Source: Candidatus Dojkabacteria bacterium
Lineage (GTDB): Bacteria > Patescibacteriota > Dojkabacteria > J137
Length of the DNA stretch: 64,000 nucleotides
Direction of reading: 5' to 3'
Assembly: GCA_025999215.1 (NCBI GenBank)
Contig: AP024679.1
Span: 357,645 to 421,644, forward strand
Shown: in pieces, positions 28,149 through 37,732 of the stretch
Layout of the letters: every line of letters starts with the position of its first letter
Numbering within the stretch: the stretch's first letter is position 1
Position numbers and translations under genes: made by a program
Notes under the pieces: model-generated
The model's database searches: none
What the model was told of the DNA's origin: nothing
What the model saw: the letters and a program-made list of their open reading frames with translations, nothing else

Positions 28149-28469
28149 TTATTGCGATACGCTTTTGAGCATATCTTTCAAGGTTACTTGTCCGGTAGTG
28201 TTTACAGTTTTTCTTGTTCTCATAGCTCTTTTTTGTTTTTTGGATCTTACTTTTTGAGCAAGACTCTGAGCTTTTTGTTGTTTTTCTTTAAACTTTTCAA
28301 CAAGATTATCAGTATCTACAAGTGTTTCTTGACCTGTATAAAAAGGATGATTACCAGACCAGATTTCAACATTTAACTCTTCTAGAGTTGAACCCACATG
28401 CATTACAACCTGACCATTAACAACAACTTTTGCTTTTTTGTGCCACTTTGGATGAATTCCTTTTTTCAT
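28149..28469 (-). CDS. rpmE: 50S ribosomal protein bL31, Cys-free, with a basic C-terminal extension (start at ATG 28469)
   Basis: MKKGIHP...EIWSGNHPFYTG. Confidence 0.93.
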   Translation of the reverse strand: MKKGIHPKWHKKAKVVVNGQVVMHVGSTLEELNVEIWSGNHPFYTGQETLVDTDNLVEKFKEKQQKAQSLAQKVRSKKQKRAMRTRKTVNTTGQVTLKDMLKSVSQ

Positions 28470-28623
28470 ATTTTTTCTATAACATATCAACAATACGATC
28501 AATTATATCATAACCATGATAAATGTAAAGGAAAATTTTTTTTAATATTGTTAAATTTTGTTTGTCTTTACCAATGTTAAATTACTTGATAAAATTAAAA
28601 TGTTTAAATTTTAGTCTATTGGT

Positions 28624-29163
28624 ATGAAAATAAAACGTGGAAAAGGCGGAAGTGTAGAATTCGCCGGTAAAAAAGTTGTTGCTTTAGCAATGTGGGATGA
28701 TATAGAGAAAGCATTAATTGTGAAAGTCACCTACAATGAAAAAGAAGTAATAATTTCTTCCCCCGGTGAATATGAATACTCTGGACTTGGAATAGTTGCG
28801 ATTGAAGCAACTAGTGATAAATACTCCGGTAAAATAAATCTTGCTAGAATAAGTGTAGATGGAGTGAGTGCATTATTTGTGCCACAAGATTTTTCCGTAT
28901 CCAAGGAAGTGAAAGATTTGATGGGAGTCTGCAATATTTTGGTGGTTAGTAATATTAATCCTGCAAATTTAAAAACTTTAGTTGATAATTTCAATTCAGA
29001 GTTTGTAGTCATTGATGCTCAGAATAATTTAGAAGAGTATTCTAAAGTTCTAAAAAAACAATTTGGGGTTGATAATTTAGTTTCAGAAAGTGTAATATCC
29101 TTAGAAGAAAAAGATTTTGATACTGAAGAAGATACTCCAATTACTTTTGTTCAATTAGCTTAA
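28624..29163 (+). CDS. Degenerate MBL-fold protein lacking metal ligands
   Basis: IISSPGEYEYSG motif typical of short CPR MBL-fold proteins; no HxHxDH. Confidence 0.5.
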   Translation: MKIKRGKGGSVEFAGKKVVALAMWDDIEKALIVKVTYNEKEVIISSPGEYEYSGLGIVAIEATSDKYSGKINLARISVDGVSALFVPQDFSVSKEVKDLMGVCNILVVSNINPANLKTLVDNFNSEFVVIDAQNNLEEYSKVLKKQFGVDNLVSESVISLEEKDFDTEEDTPITFVQLA

Positions 29164-29166
29164 TTT

Positions 29167-30483
29167 ATGATTGAAAGAATGCCTCCACACAACTTAGAAG
29201 CAGAACAGGCTGTGTTGGGCGCCGTTTTAATAGATAATGAAGTTCTTATTAAAGTGGTGGATCAGCTAGATGAAAAACATTTTTATGAACCCAGAAACAG
29301 AATCATATTCGAGCAAATAAGAGATTTATTTTCCAAAAATTTGGCTGTTGATGTTTTGACTCTATCTGCTTCTCTCAAAAAGAAAAAGAAATTTGAGCAA
29401 GTTGGTGGAAGTAAATACATTGGTGATTTGGCTGCAATAGTTCCTACATCGGCTAACATTGATGATTACATCAAAATTATTAAAGAAAATGCTCACAGGA
29501 GAAGTTTGATATCTTATGCATCAAAGCTAGATGAATTGGCACGACAAGAAGAAAGAGATATAGAAGACATTTTGGATGAATTAGAATCTGATTTATTAGC
29601 AATTACACAATCTAGCATTAAAACAGACTTTTTGGATTCTGAGACTTTACTTGAGATGCAAATGAAACTTGCGGATGAATATGCCAAAAATCCTAATGCT
29701 TTGAGAGGGCATAGTACTGGTCTGAAGTCAGTTGATCATTTATTGGGAGGCTTGCACAAATCTGATTTAATAATTTTGGCAGCTCGTCCGAGTGTAGGAA
29801 AAAGTGCTTTTGCTTTTGATATTGCAAGGCATGTTGCTGTGAATGAAAAGAAAAATGTAGCGATTTTTAGTTTGGAGATGCCGGCTGTTCAGGTTATTAC
29901 AAGAATGTTGGCACAACAGATTGAGGTGAGTTTGTGGAAACTTAGAATGGGTGGACTCAAAGATTATGAATTTAAAAAGTATAACATGGGAGTTGCAAAA
30001 CTTGCTGATGCGGGAATTTATATTGATGATTCAGCAGGGCTCAATATTATGCAACTTAGAAGCAAAGCACGAAAGTTAATGCTTGAAAAAAAATTAGATC
30101 TTATAGTGATTGACTATTTGCAACTTATGCAAGGTCACTCAAGAATTGAAAATAGAACTCAAGAAATTGGTGAAATATCAAGATCATTAAAAATTTTGGC
30201 TAGAGAATTGAATATTCCAATAATTGCATTATCACAGCTAAACCGAGCTGTAGAAAATAGAGGAGAAAGAATTCCTCAACTGTCTGATTTGAGAGAATCA
30301 GGTTCTATAGAGCAAGATGCAGATATAGTAATTTTTTTGAGTAGAGACATAATGTCAGATGAGCAAGAGGATGATTCAGAAAAGAGAGTTGATGTACTTA
30401 TTGCAAAACACAGGAATGGACCAACAGGTAGGGTTGTGATAAAATTCAAAGGAGAATTTCAGAAATTCTACGATAACGAATAA
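29167..30483 (+). CDS. dnaB: Replicative DNA helicase
   Basis: PPHNLEAEQAVLG, AARPSVGKS, IDYLQLM, LSDLRESGSIEQDAD, KHRNGPTG. Confidence 0.98.
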   Translation: MIERMPPHNLEAEQAVLGAVLIDNEVLIKVVDQLDEKHFYEPRNRIIFEQIRDLFSKNLAVDVLTLSASLKKKKKFEQVGGSKYIGDLAAIVPTSANIDDYIKIIKENAHRRSLISYASKLDELARQEERDIEDILDELESDLLAITQSSIKTDFLDSETLLEMQMKLADEYAKNPNALRGHSTGLKSVDHLLGGLHKSDLIILAARPSVGKSAFAFDIARHVAVNEKKNVAIFSLEMPAVQVITRMLAQQIEVSLWKLRMGGLKDYEFKKYNMGVAKLADAGIYIDDSAGLNIMQLRSKARKLMLEKKLDLIVIDYLQLMQGHSRIENRTQEIGEISRSLKILARELNIPIIALSQLNRAVENRGERIPQLSDLRESGSIEQDADIVIFLSRDIMSDEQEDDSEKRVDVLIAKHRNGPTGRVVIKFKGEFQKFYDNE

Positions 30484-30484
30484 T

Positions 30485-30573
30485 GCCGGAGTGGTGGAAT
30501 TGGTAGACACGTCGGACTCAAAATCCGATGAAGGTTAAACTTCGTGTGGGTTCGAGTCCCACCTCCGGTACCA
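30485..30573 (+). tRNA. tRNA-Leu (CAA), CCA encoded
   Basis: GCCGGAG/CTCCGGT-A-CCA, anticodon arm TCGGA-CTCAAAA-TCCGA, long V-arm; starts 1 nt after the dnaB stop. Confidence 0.95.
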
Positions 30574-31015
30574 GTATTTATAAAAATTTGATTGTAAATT
30601 ATTTGTTTTGGTGCTGTTTTTTAATTTAAAGTTCAGTCTTTTTGGTTAATAATATTTTTCGAATACTTCATATCAAACTAAAGTTTAAGTTGATTTAATA
30701 TTTCACTAATTTTTTTTATTTAAAAGATTTTGTAGAATTTTTAAAGTCTTAGCTTCGAGATAATTGAACCTAAATTTATAATTTTTATTTTTTATATTTT
30801 TAAGGTAATATTTTTTTATAGAAAATTTAGCTCGTGTGATTAGAGTAATTGTTTTTCAATTTTAAACTTATTAATAAACAAAGAACCTAAATCCATAAAA
30901 AGAACTTCTAAATTTTAAAATCGAAAATAATAATGTAGTATGCTATAACTTAAGAGTTAATTTAATAGAAAAATAGTTTATTTCATTGTAAAATTCGTTG
31001 ATTATATATTTTCAA

Positions 31016-31708
31016 ATGATTAATTTAATTCTTCAAATAGCAGAGTCTGAGATAAATTATAGAAGCCTACTTCTTTATATTTTTGTATATTTGGGTGTTT
31101 TGTGGTTTATGTTTTCAGCTTGGGTTTTTGTTGATGCTCAAAAAAAATTTAAAAACCCATTTCTTTCTTTATTTTTTGCAATTATAGTTTTTTTACTAAA
31201 TTTTCCTGCATTAATTTTTTATTTGATAGTAAGACCTGAGAATGAAAACGAAGTATTGGTTTTGGACTCCGCTAGCAATAATAATTCTGGTATCAATATA
31301 CCAATAATAAATTTAAAAAATGGAGAAGAGACAGTTTTGACATTTGAAGTTAAGCTCAATCAACAAGCTTTAAAACCAAACTTGGTTGTTAATGTTGATG
31401 TAGATGATAGCTTAGATGCACAAAGTGAAGTGGTAGCTGAACAAAATATTGAAAATATTTCACAGAATGAAATTAACCAAAAAGCAAATGTTAATATTCA
31501 AAAATATTTTGAAAAATTCATTTTAAAATCTAAAGCGGTATTTTCCAATATTCAAAACTATGCTCAAAAAATTGAGAAGGTTGATAATTCTGATAACAAT
31601 GATTCAAAACAAAGTTTACAGCAAACTGATTCTAAAGCTTCCAAGGTAAAACAAAATATCAAATCTAAGAAATCTCAAAAGAGAAAATCAAGAAGTAAAA
31701 GGCGATGA
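31016..31708 (+). CDS. Hypothetical two-TM membrane protein with a basic tail
   Basis: WVFVDA...FPALIFYLIVRPE (PLDc_N-like TM hairpin); K/S/R-rich C-terminus; ATG at 31016. Confidence 0.65.
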   Translation: MINLILQIAESEINYRSLLLYIFVYLGVLWFMFSAWVFVDAQKKFKNPFLSLFFAIIVFLLNFPALIFYLIVRPENENEVLVLDSASNNNSGINIPIINLKNGEETVLTFEVKLNQQALKPNLVVNVDVDDSLDAQSEVVAEQNIENISQNEINQKANVNIQKYFEKFILKSKAVFSNIQNYAQKIEKVDNSDNNDSKQSLQQTDSKASKVKQNIKSKKSQKRKSRSKRR

Positions 31709-33031
31709 GAAAACAGGCCTCTAAATCAAAACTTAAAAATATAAGCATATTTTACCAAAAATATTCGCCCATATTGAAGCTAAAAAAGTGGAGGAGAAAC
31801 AAATTGATTGAGAAAAAAAGTAATTCTAAAAAAAATGTTGTTTCTAGATTTAAAAATAGATTTAGATATTCTGTTTCTATAGCTATAATAGCTATGTTAG
31901 CTATATTAGCTATTTATTATCATCTTAATACTTACTTTAAAATCAAGCCTATACCTTTCGAAAATCAAAAAACTCAATCTAGTTTTACTTTTCCTTATTA
32001 CAACGTTGTTTTTTTATGGTTTGATGAAGAAAATGAAAAATATTTTGCGGATGGAGTGGTCGTGGTTTCGATTAACGCTAGTGATGAAACAGTTAAGATC
32101 CTTGGGATAAACTCAGATTTTATAATCAACTATCAACCTTTAAAACAAAGTTTTACCTCTAAAAACTCTTATATAATCAAATCAATACTCAAGATAGCTT
32201 AATTAAATATATTAGGGAGTTAGAAAGTTTTACAGGTTTGAGAATTGATAGATATGTAATAATTACAAAATCAAATGCCAAAAATTTAATTGCTCAAAAT
32301 TTATTAGAAGTGAAACATTGATGTGGAGGTGGAAGTTAATGGAAAAGTCTTTTACAAAAGGATCAAAACTTAATGCAAATGATGCTTTAGAATATATTTT
32401 TGAAGTGAAAAGTGGATCTGATAGAAATAAAATAATTACAAACATTACTACAAATTTTCTGAGTAGTAAAAAAGGGCTTTTGGATTTATATTTTTTATTT
32501 TGGGATGCTCCAGAGTTAACTCGAAATTTGTACACTGACATGAACCGTGATGAATTTTTTACTTTTTTTGATTTGCTCAGAGGAAAAAGGGAAAGTAAAC
32601 CTTTATTGTTAGGTGATAATGTGGGAATTCCAGCATCAACAGGGCTGGAAGATGGTATTGCTAAAAACTCGATAGCTTTTGAAGAAGCTTTGCGAGAATA
32701 TTTGCAAAGCCTTTCAATATTGACGGAACAAGCTCAAGTTGAGATTTACAATGCTACAAAAGAAAGTGGTATCGCTGGAAATTTATCAAAACAAATCTCA
32801 TCTTATGGAGTTAACGTGGTTAAAGTAGGAAATTTTTCTGAGGAGCGTTTTTATACTCAAATATTACTTTTTTCAGAAGATGAAAGTGTTTTTCCAAATA
32901 CCCTTTCGATAATTAGTAAAGCGGTTAAACTTGCTGACTTTGAATTTGAAATTAGAGATCCAGAGGAATCTGGAAATTTTACTGGTGATATTGTTATAAT
33001 TTTGGGACAAGATTATGTTGATAGTTTATAA
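31705..33031 (+). pseudogene. LytR-CpsA-Psr (LCP) family protein with LytR_C domain, broken by indels (probably sequencing errors)
   Basis: Fragment 1 has TM plus ADGVVVVSIN; the gap reads ELESFTGLRIDRYVI in another frame; fragment 2 ends VEIYNAT..GIA..GNF..GDIVIILGQDY. Confidence 0.7.
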
Positions 33032-33049
33032 TTTTTAATTTTGTAGAAA

Positions 33050-33768
33050 ATGGCAGGGCATTCCAAATGGGCAAATATTAAGCATACAAAAAGTTTAATG
33101 GATAAAAAGAGAGGTAAACTTTTTAGTAAATTATCTCGTGATATCTCTGTAGCTGTGAAATTGTCGGGTAGTGAAAATAGCGCACTTGCAAAACTTGCAA
33201 TTGAAAAAGCTAAAGCTGCCAATATGCCAAAAGACAAAATTATGGTGGCAATTGACAGAGGTTTAGGAAGAGGTAAAGACACGGAAGTTTTGTATGAGAA
33301 TACTTATGAAGCGTATGCTCCAGGCAATGTTGCATGTTTAATTGATACTCAAACTGATAACCCCAATAGAACATTGACTGAGATTAAAACCATTGTTAAT
33401 AAATCAGGTGGAAAATTTTTGTCTTCGGGCTCAGTAAGTTGGATGTTTGATGAGGTTGGTAGAATAATAGTTGATGCATCAAAATTGAAAGATACTGAAG
33501 CATTCACTTTAAGTATTATGGAAGCTGAGGGATTGCTAGATGTTTCAATTCAGAATGATCAGGTTGAAATAATCACTGAAAAAGAAAAACTTAATTCTAT
33601 TCAAGAGTTAATTTTAAATAATTATCCAGAGACCGAATTTAAAGAGGTTGAAATAATCAAAAAACCCAAAAAAGAAAATGTGTTAATTCGGACAGAGATT
33701 TGTCCGAATTCTTGTCCGAATTATTAGATCATGATGATGTAGTATCCGTTTGGACTAATCATGTATGA
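33050..33768 (+). CDS. yebC: YebC/PmpR family protein (frameshift near 33690; true end ...LLDHDDVVSVWTNHV*)
   Basis: MAGHSKWANIKH, YEAYAPG, TDNPNRT; the conserved DDV..V.TN tail lies in a shifted frame. Confidence 0.9.
33687..33720. repeat. TGTCCGAA motif cluster 1 (3 copies)
   Basis: TTCGGACA at 33687; TGTCCGAA at 33701 and 33713. Confidence 0.85.
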
Positions 33769-34266
33769 ACAAATTATTTTAGGTGTTGATGTAGGTTTTG
33801 CAATTACTGGATGGGCGATACTAGAGTCATCCTCAAAAATTAATCTTCTTGATTATGGCGCAATAACTACTAAATCAAAGCTATCTATAGATGAGATTGG
33901 TTAAATTATTTATTCGATGGAATTGTTGAAGTAATAAATACTTATAAACCTACAGACATGGCTGTTGAGTCGATTTTTTATTTTAAAAACCAAAAAACTG
34001 TTATAGATGTGGGCCAGGCTAGAGGAGTAATATTATTAGCTGGATGTCAGAATAACTTGAATATATCTCACTACACTCCGCTTCAGGTTAAAATGTCAAT
34101 AACGGGATATGGTAGAGCATCAAAAGAGCAAATGCAACAAATGGTTAAATCTATCTTTGGTTTAAAAGAAATTCCCAAGCCGGATGATGTGGCAGATGCA
34201 ATCGCTGTTGCTTATTGTCATAGTTCATCAAGTAAATTTTATTCCAATTTGAATACCAAAACATAA
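33765..34266 (+). CDS. ruvC: Holliday junction resolvase RuvC (two apparent frameshifts in the 5' part)
   Basis: ILGVDVGFAITGWAIL read from about 33775; MAVESIF, VGQARG, YTPLQVK, TGYGRASK, PDDVADA. Confidence 0.9.
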
Positions 34267-34292
34267 TTATTTTTTAGTGTTATAATGATTTA

Positions 34293-34869
34293 ATGATAAA
34301 GTTATTAAGCGGGCGAGTAGTCTCTCAAAAAAATGGAGCAACGATAATCCAAACCAATGATGGGGTAGGTTGGGATGTAAAAACTGGTAGTATTGTTTTG
34401 GAAGTAGGTCAGCAGGCTGAACTTTATATTTTTACACAATTTAGAGAATACGAAATATCATTGTGGGGCTTTTTGAGTTTGAATGATTTAGAAATGTTTG
34501 AACTTTTGATTTCTGTAAATGGAGTCGGAGCAAGGATTGCGCATAGTATGGTAACTGAATTGGGGAGAGATCTGATAATCAAAGCAATTAGTTTAAATGA
34601 TGCAAATTCTCTTAAAATATCGGGTGTTGGTCTTAAGACTGCTCAAAAAATAATTTTTGCTCTTAAAGAAAAAATTACTGATCAAGATTTTGCGGTAGAT
34701 GAAAGTCAATTAAATTTAAATCAAAATTTCAAAGAAGCACTTGATGCCCTAGAGGGCTTGGGGTATAACAAAGTTCAAGTTAGTAAAATTTTAAAGGACA
34801 TATAACGGAGAGTTTTCTAATTTGAGTACTGAAGAGTTGGTTAAGCTAGCTTTAAAAAACTTAAAATAA
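34293..34869 (+). CDS. ruvA: RuvA (frameshift near 34803; tail STEELVKLALKNLK*)
   Basis: LISVNGVGARIA, GVGLKTAQKII, ALEGLGY. Confidence 0.92.
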
Positions 34870-34890
34870 TATTTTTTAAAAATTTTAAAA

Positions 34891-35887
34891 TTGAACAGTA
34901 GATTTGTTTCATCTTCTCTGAAAAATGAAAACGAGGAGAGATTTGAGCAATCTCTTAGGCCTAAAACTTTTGATGAAGTTATTGGTCGAGAAGCTGAAAA
35001 ACAAAGTTTAAGCATAATGATTGAATCTGCCAAAAAAAGAGGAAAAGCTCTAGATCATATTATGTTTCATGGCCCACCTGGGTTGGGAAAAACAACTTTA
35101 TCTTACGTAGTTGCGTCCGAAATGAACGTACCAATACATATTACAAGTGGCTCGGCTATTGAAAAAACAGGAGATTTGGCGGCCATTTTGACATCACTTG
35201 AACCCAATTCAATTTTATTTATTGATGAAATACATAGACTTAAAAGAACAATTGAGGAGATTCTTTATCCGGCAATGGAAGATAATGTTTTGGACATTGT
35301 TATTGGTAAGGGTCCAAGCGCAAAAACTCTACGTTTAGAGCTTAATCAATTTACAATCATCGGTGCAACCACGAAACTTTCAATGATTAGCGCGCCGCTT
35401 AGAGATAGATTTGGAATGCATTTTAGACTAGATTTTTATTCTGACGATGAGTTGACCTTACTGGTACAGCAAAAAGCAAGGTTACTTGGTATAGAGATTG
35501 ACGATGAAGCTTCTCTTAAAATTGCTCAAAGGAGTAGAATGACAGCGCGAATAGCTATTAGAATTTTGAAAAGAGTTTTTGATTTGGCGGTGGTGAAAGG
35601 TGAGAAAATAATTAATCCTTATCTTGTTGAAGAAACACTTTCTATGATGGGAGTTGATGAAAACGGTTTAGATGAATTGGATAGAGCAATACTAAGATCT
35701 ATTTTGAAAAATTTTAACAATCGCCCTGTTGGTTTGAATACACTAGCAGCGTCTTTATCAGAAGAGCCAGAAACTATAGAATTGGTTTATGAACCTTTTT
35801 TAATTAAAAAAGGGTTTGATACAAAGAACTATGAGGGGTAGAATTGCTACAGATTTAGCTCAAAAACTTTATGGAGATAAATTGTAA
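34891..35887 (+). CDS. ruvB: RuvB (frameshift near 35815; tail LIQRTMRGRIAT)
   Basis: LRPKTF, GPPGLGKTT, FIDEIHRL, PLRDRFG, YEPFLI. Confidence 0.95.
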
Positions 35888-35901
35888 AATTTTATATTTA
35901 A

Positions 35902-37050
35902 ATGAAATTTAATTTTAAAAAACTAACAGTTAGACAAAAAGTAACAATATCTTCTTTTTTTTATCTTTGCTTATTTTTTTCTTGATTAGTCCACTGGGTA
36001 GGTATTTTGGTAAGTTTAGTAACTCCACCAAAGACTGTAAAAAATATTTTTATATTATCAAAAAATAATGAAATAGAAATTAGTTATCTCTCAAAATAAA
36101 GAAGTTGATTTCAGTGCATACATAATTACATTAAAAAGAGAAGGAACTGTTGAAAAAGAAATTATAACTCAAGAAACAAGAGTTCTTATTTCGGACATTT
36201 CGGACAGTGTAGAGTATGATCTGGAGATAAAAAGTAAAGATAAATTTGGGCTTGAATCTAGTACTGTTGCTACTAAAGTTACGCCTAGTTTTGACTTGAT
36301 TCTCAAACATTAAATTCTTTTGATAGAAATGATACTTTTGATTTTTACTTGATAGTAATGTTTTGATTGTGGTTGTTGTTGGTTCTATATTTTCATTCTG
36401 GATAGTTGGATTTAATCAAAATAAACAGTTGCTTTTACTATAATTTTATTTCCTATGTGCTTGAATGCCTATTTTACTTTTTATTAAGTTCTGTCAGTTT
36501 TTATATTAATCACATATTGATAATAAGTTTTATTTTTCAATTTGTCTAGTGTAGGGTTGTTTTTGTATTTTATTTTTTGTTTTTGACTATGAATATTTTG
36601 TTTAATGCTCACTTTAGATCAATACCCTTGAACAAGCTGCAAAAGCGTCTCAATTTATTTTTATATTGATATCAACATATATTTTGTTAATTTATGCTTT
36701 TGGTTCAAATGTTAATTTTATTTTTAAAATAGGTTGAGTTTCTCTAATGATATTTTATTTTTCATATGTTTCAATGTGGACTTTGAAAGAATCTCAACAG
36801 AGCAAATACAATTAGAAGCTTGGTGATGGTTATGATTATGGTAATGTCTGTGGTTGATATTTTCTATTTGGCCAGTTAATTATATTTATGCAATGCTTAT
36901 CAAGCGCAATTATTTTTTATATTATGTTGAGTATTAGCTTGGAAGTTAGGACTTTTTAGGTAGGTATGTGTGGCTGGAATACGGAATCTTAGTTTTACTA
37001 ACTACTTTCTACTTTTATTTACAGTAGTTGGGGATAATGGAAGTTTATAA
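35902..37050 (+). pseudogene. Multiply frameshifted membrane protein: N-terminal TM, fibronectin-III-like domain, multi-TM C-terminus
   Basis: ATG at 35902; coding-like segments ISDISDSVEYDLEIKSKDKFGLESS and QAAKASQFIFILIST...WLEYGILV in changing frames; TAA at 37048-37050. Confidence 0.55.
36190..36206. repeat. TGTCCGAA motif cluster 2 (2 copies, 9-bp period)
   Basis: TTCGGACA at 36190 and 36199. Confidence 0.85.
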
Positions 37051-37240
37051 TGTTAATATTCATAGTTTAATTAATTTAATAAATAGAAGATTTAATAACC
37101 ACTTTCATAATTACTAGAGTAGTGTAGCTTAATTTCTATTTGATTTTACTTTATAAGTTTTTTTAATTTCAAATTAATTCTTTTCGATTTTTTAAATAAT
37201 TAAAAATATTCTAAAAAAATCGTAAGAGTAGTATATCAAT

Positions 37241-37249
37241 TGTGGATAA
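37241..37249 (-). promoter_or_regulatory. Perfect DnaA box (a 1-mismatch box lies at 37623-37631)
   Basis: TGTGGATAA is the reverse complement of TTATCCACA; lies in a 680-bp AT-rich gap. Confidence 0.5.
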
Positions 37250-37263
37250 CTGTAAGTATAGTT

Positions 37264-37291
37264 ACTGAGTATAATGTATCTTATATTTAGT
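37264..37291. other. dif-like Xer recombination site
   Basis: ACTGAGTATAA-TGTATC-TTATATTTAGT: 11-6-11 layout, arms 9/11 inverted, 20/28 identical to E. coli dif. Confidence 0.6.
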
Positions 37292-37732
37292 AAAATGGTG
37301 GAAAAACAGAATAGTAATATGCAACTAATTTAATTATTTTTTTTCTTCATATTTTATAATTCTTTTTATATTAATAACGTTGTTAATTTTTTAACTTCAA
37401 CTTTTTTTTTAGCGACTTTTAACTTTTATCTTTTATTCTTTTATTCTCTAATTTTAACTTTTAATTTTTTTTTGTTTTTACTATGTTTCATAAAGGATTT
37501 AAAACTAATTTTGACTAATTTTTAATCTTGAAGTTTTGAACTTGAAAATCTTTATTATTTTTAGATGAGTAAAATATCAGTTTTAAAAAAACAGGCCTTA
37601 AATCGCATCTGAGCGCTTCGTTTGTGGATAGTTTTACTAGCAATGGTTTTAGGGCTTTATGTAAAATAATTGCTAATTTACTAAATTTAAATTTGTTAGT
37701 TTTTTTTTATATTTTATCTTTAACTAAAAACT

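Noticed and set aside
37640-37667. Second XerD-arm-like word TTATGTAAAAT at 37657
   Set aside because: No matching left arm at 6-bp spacing
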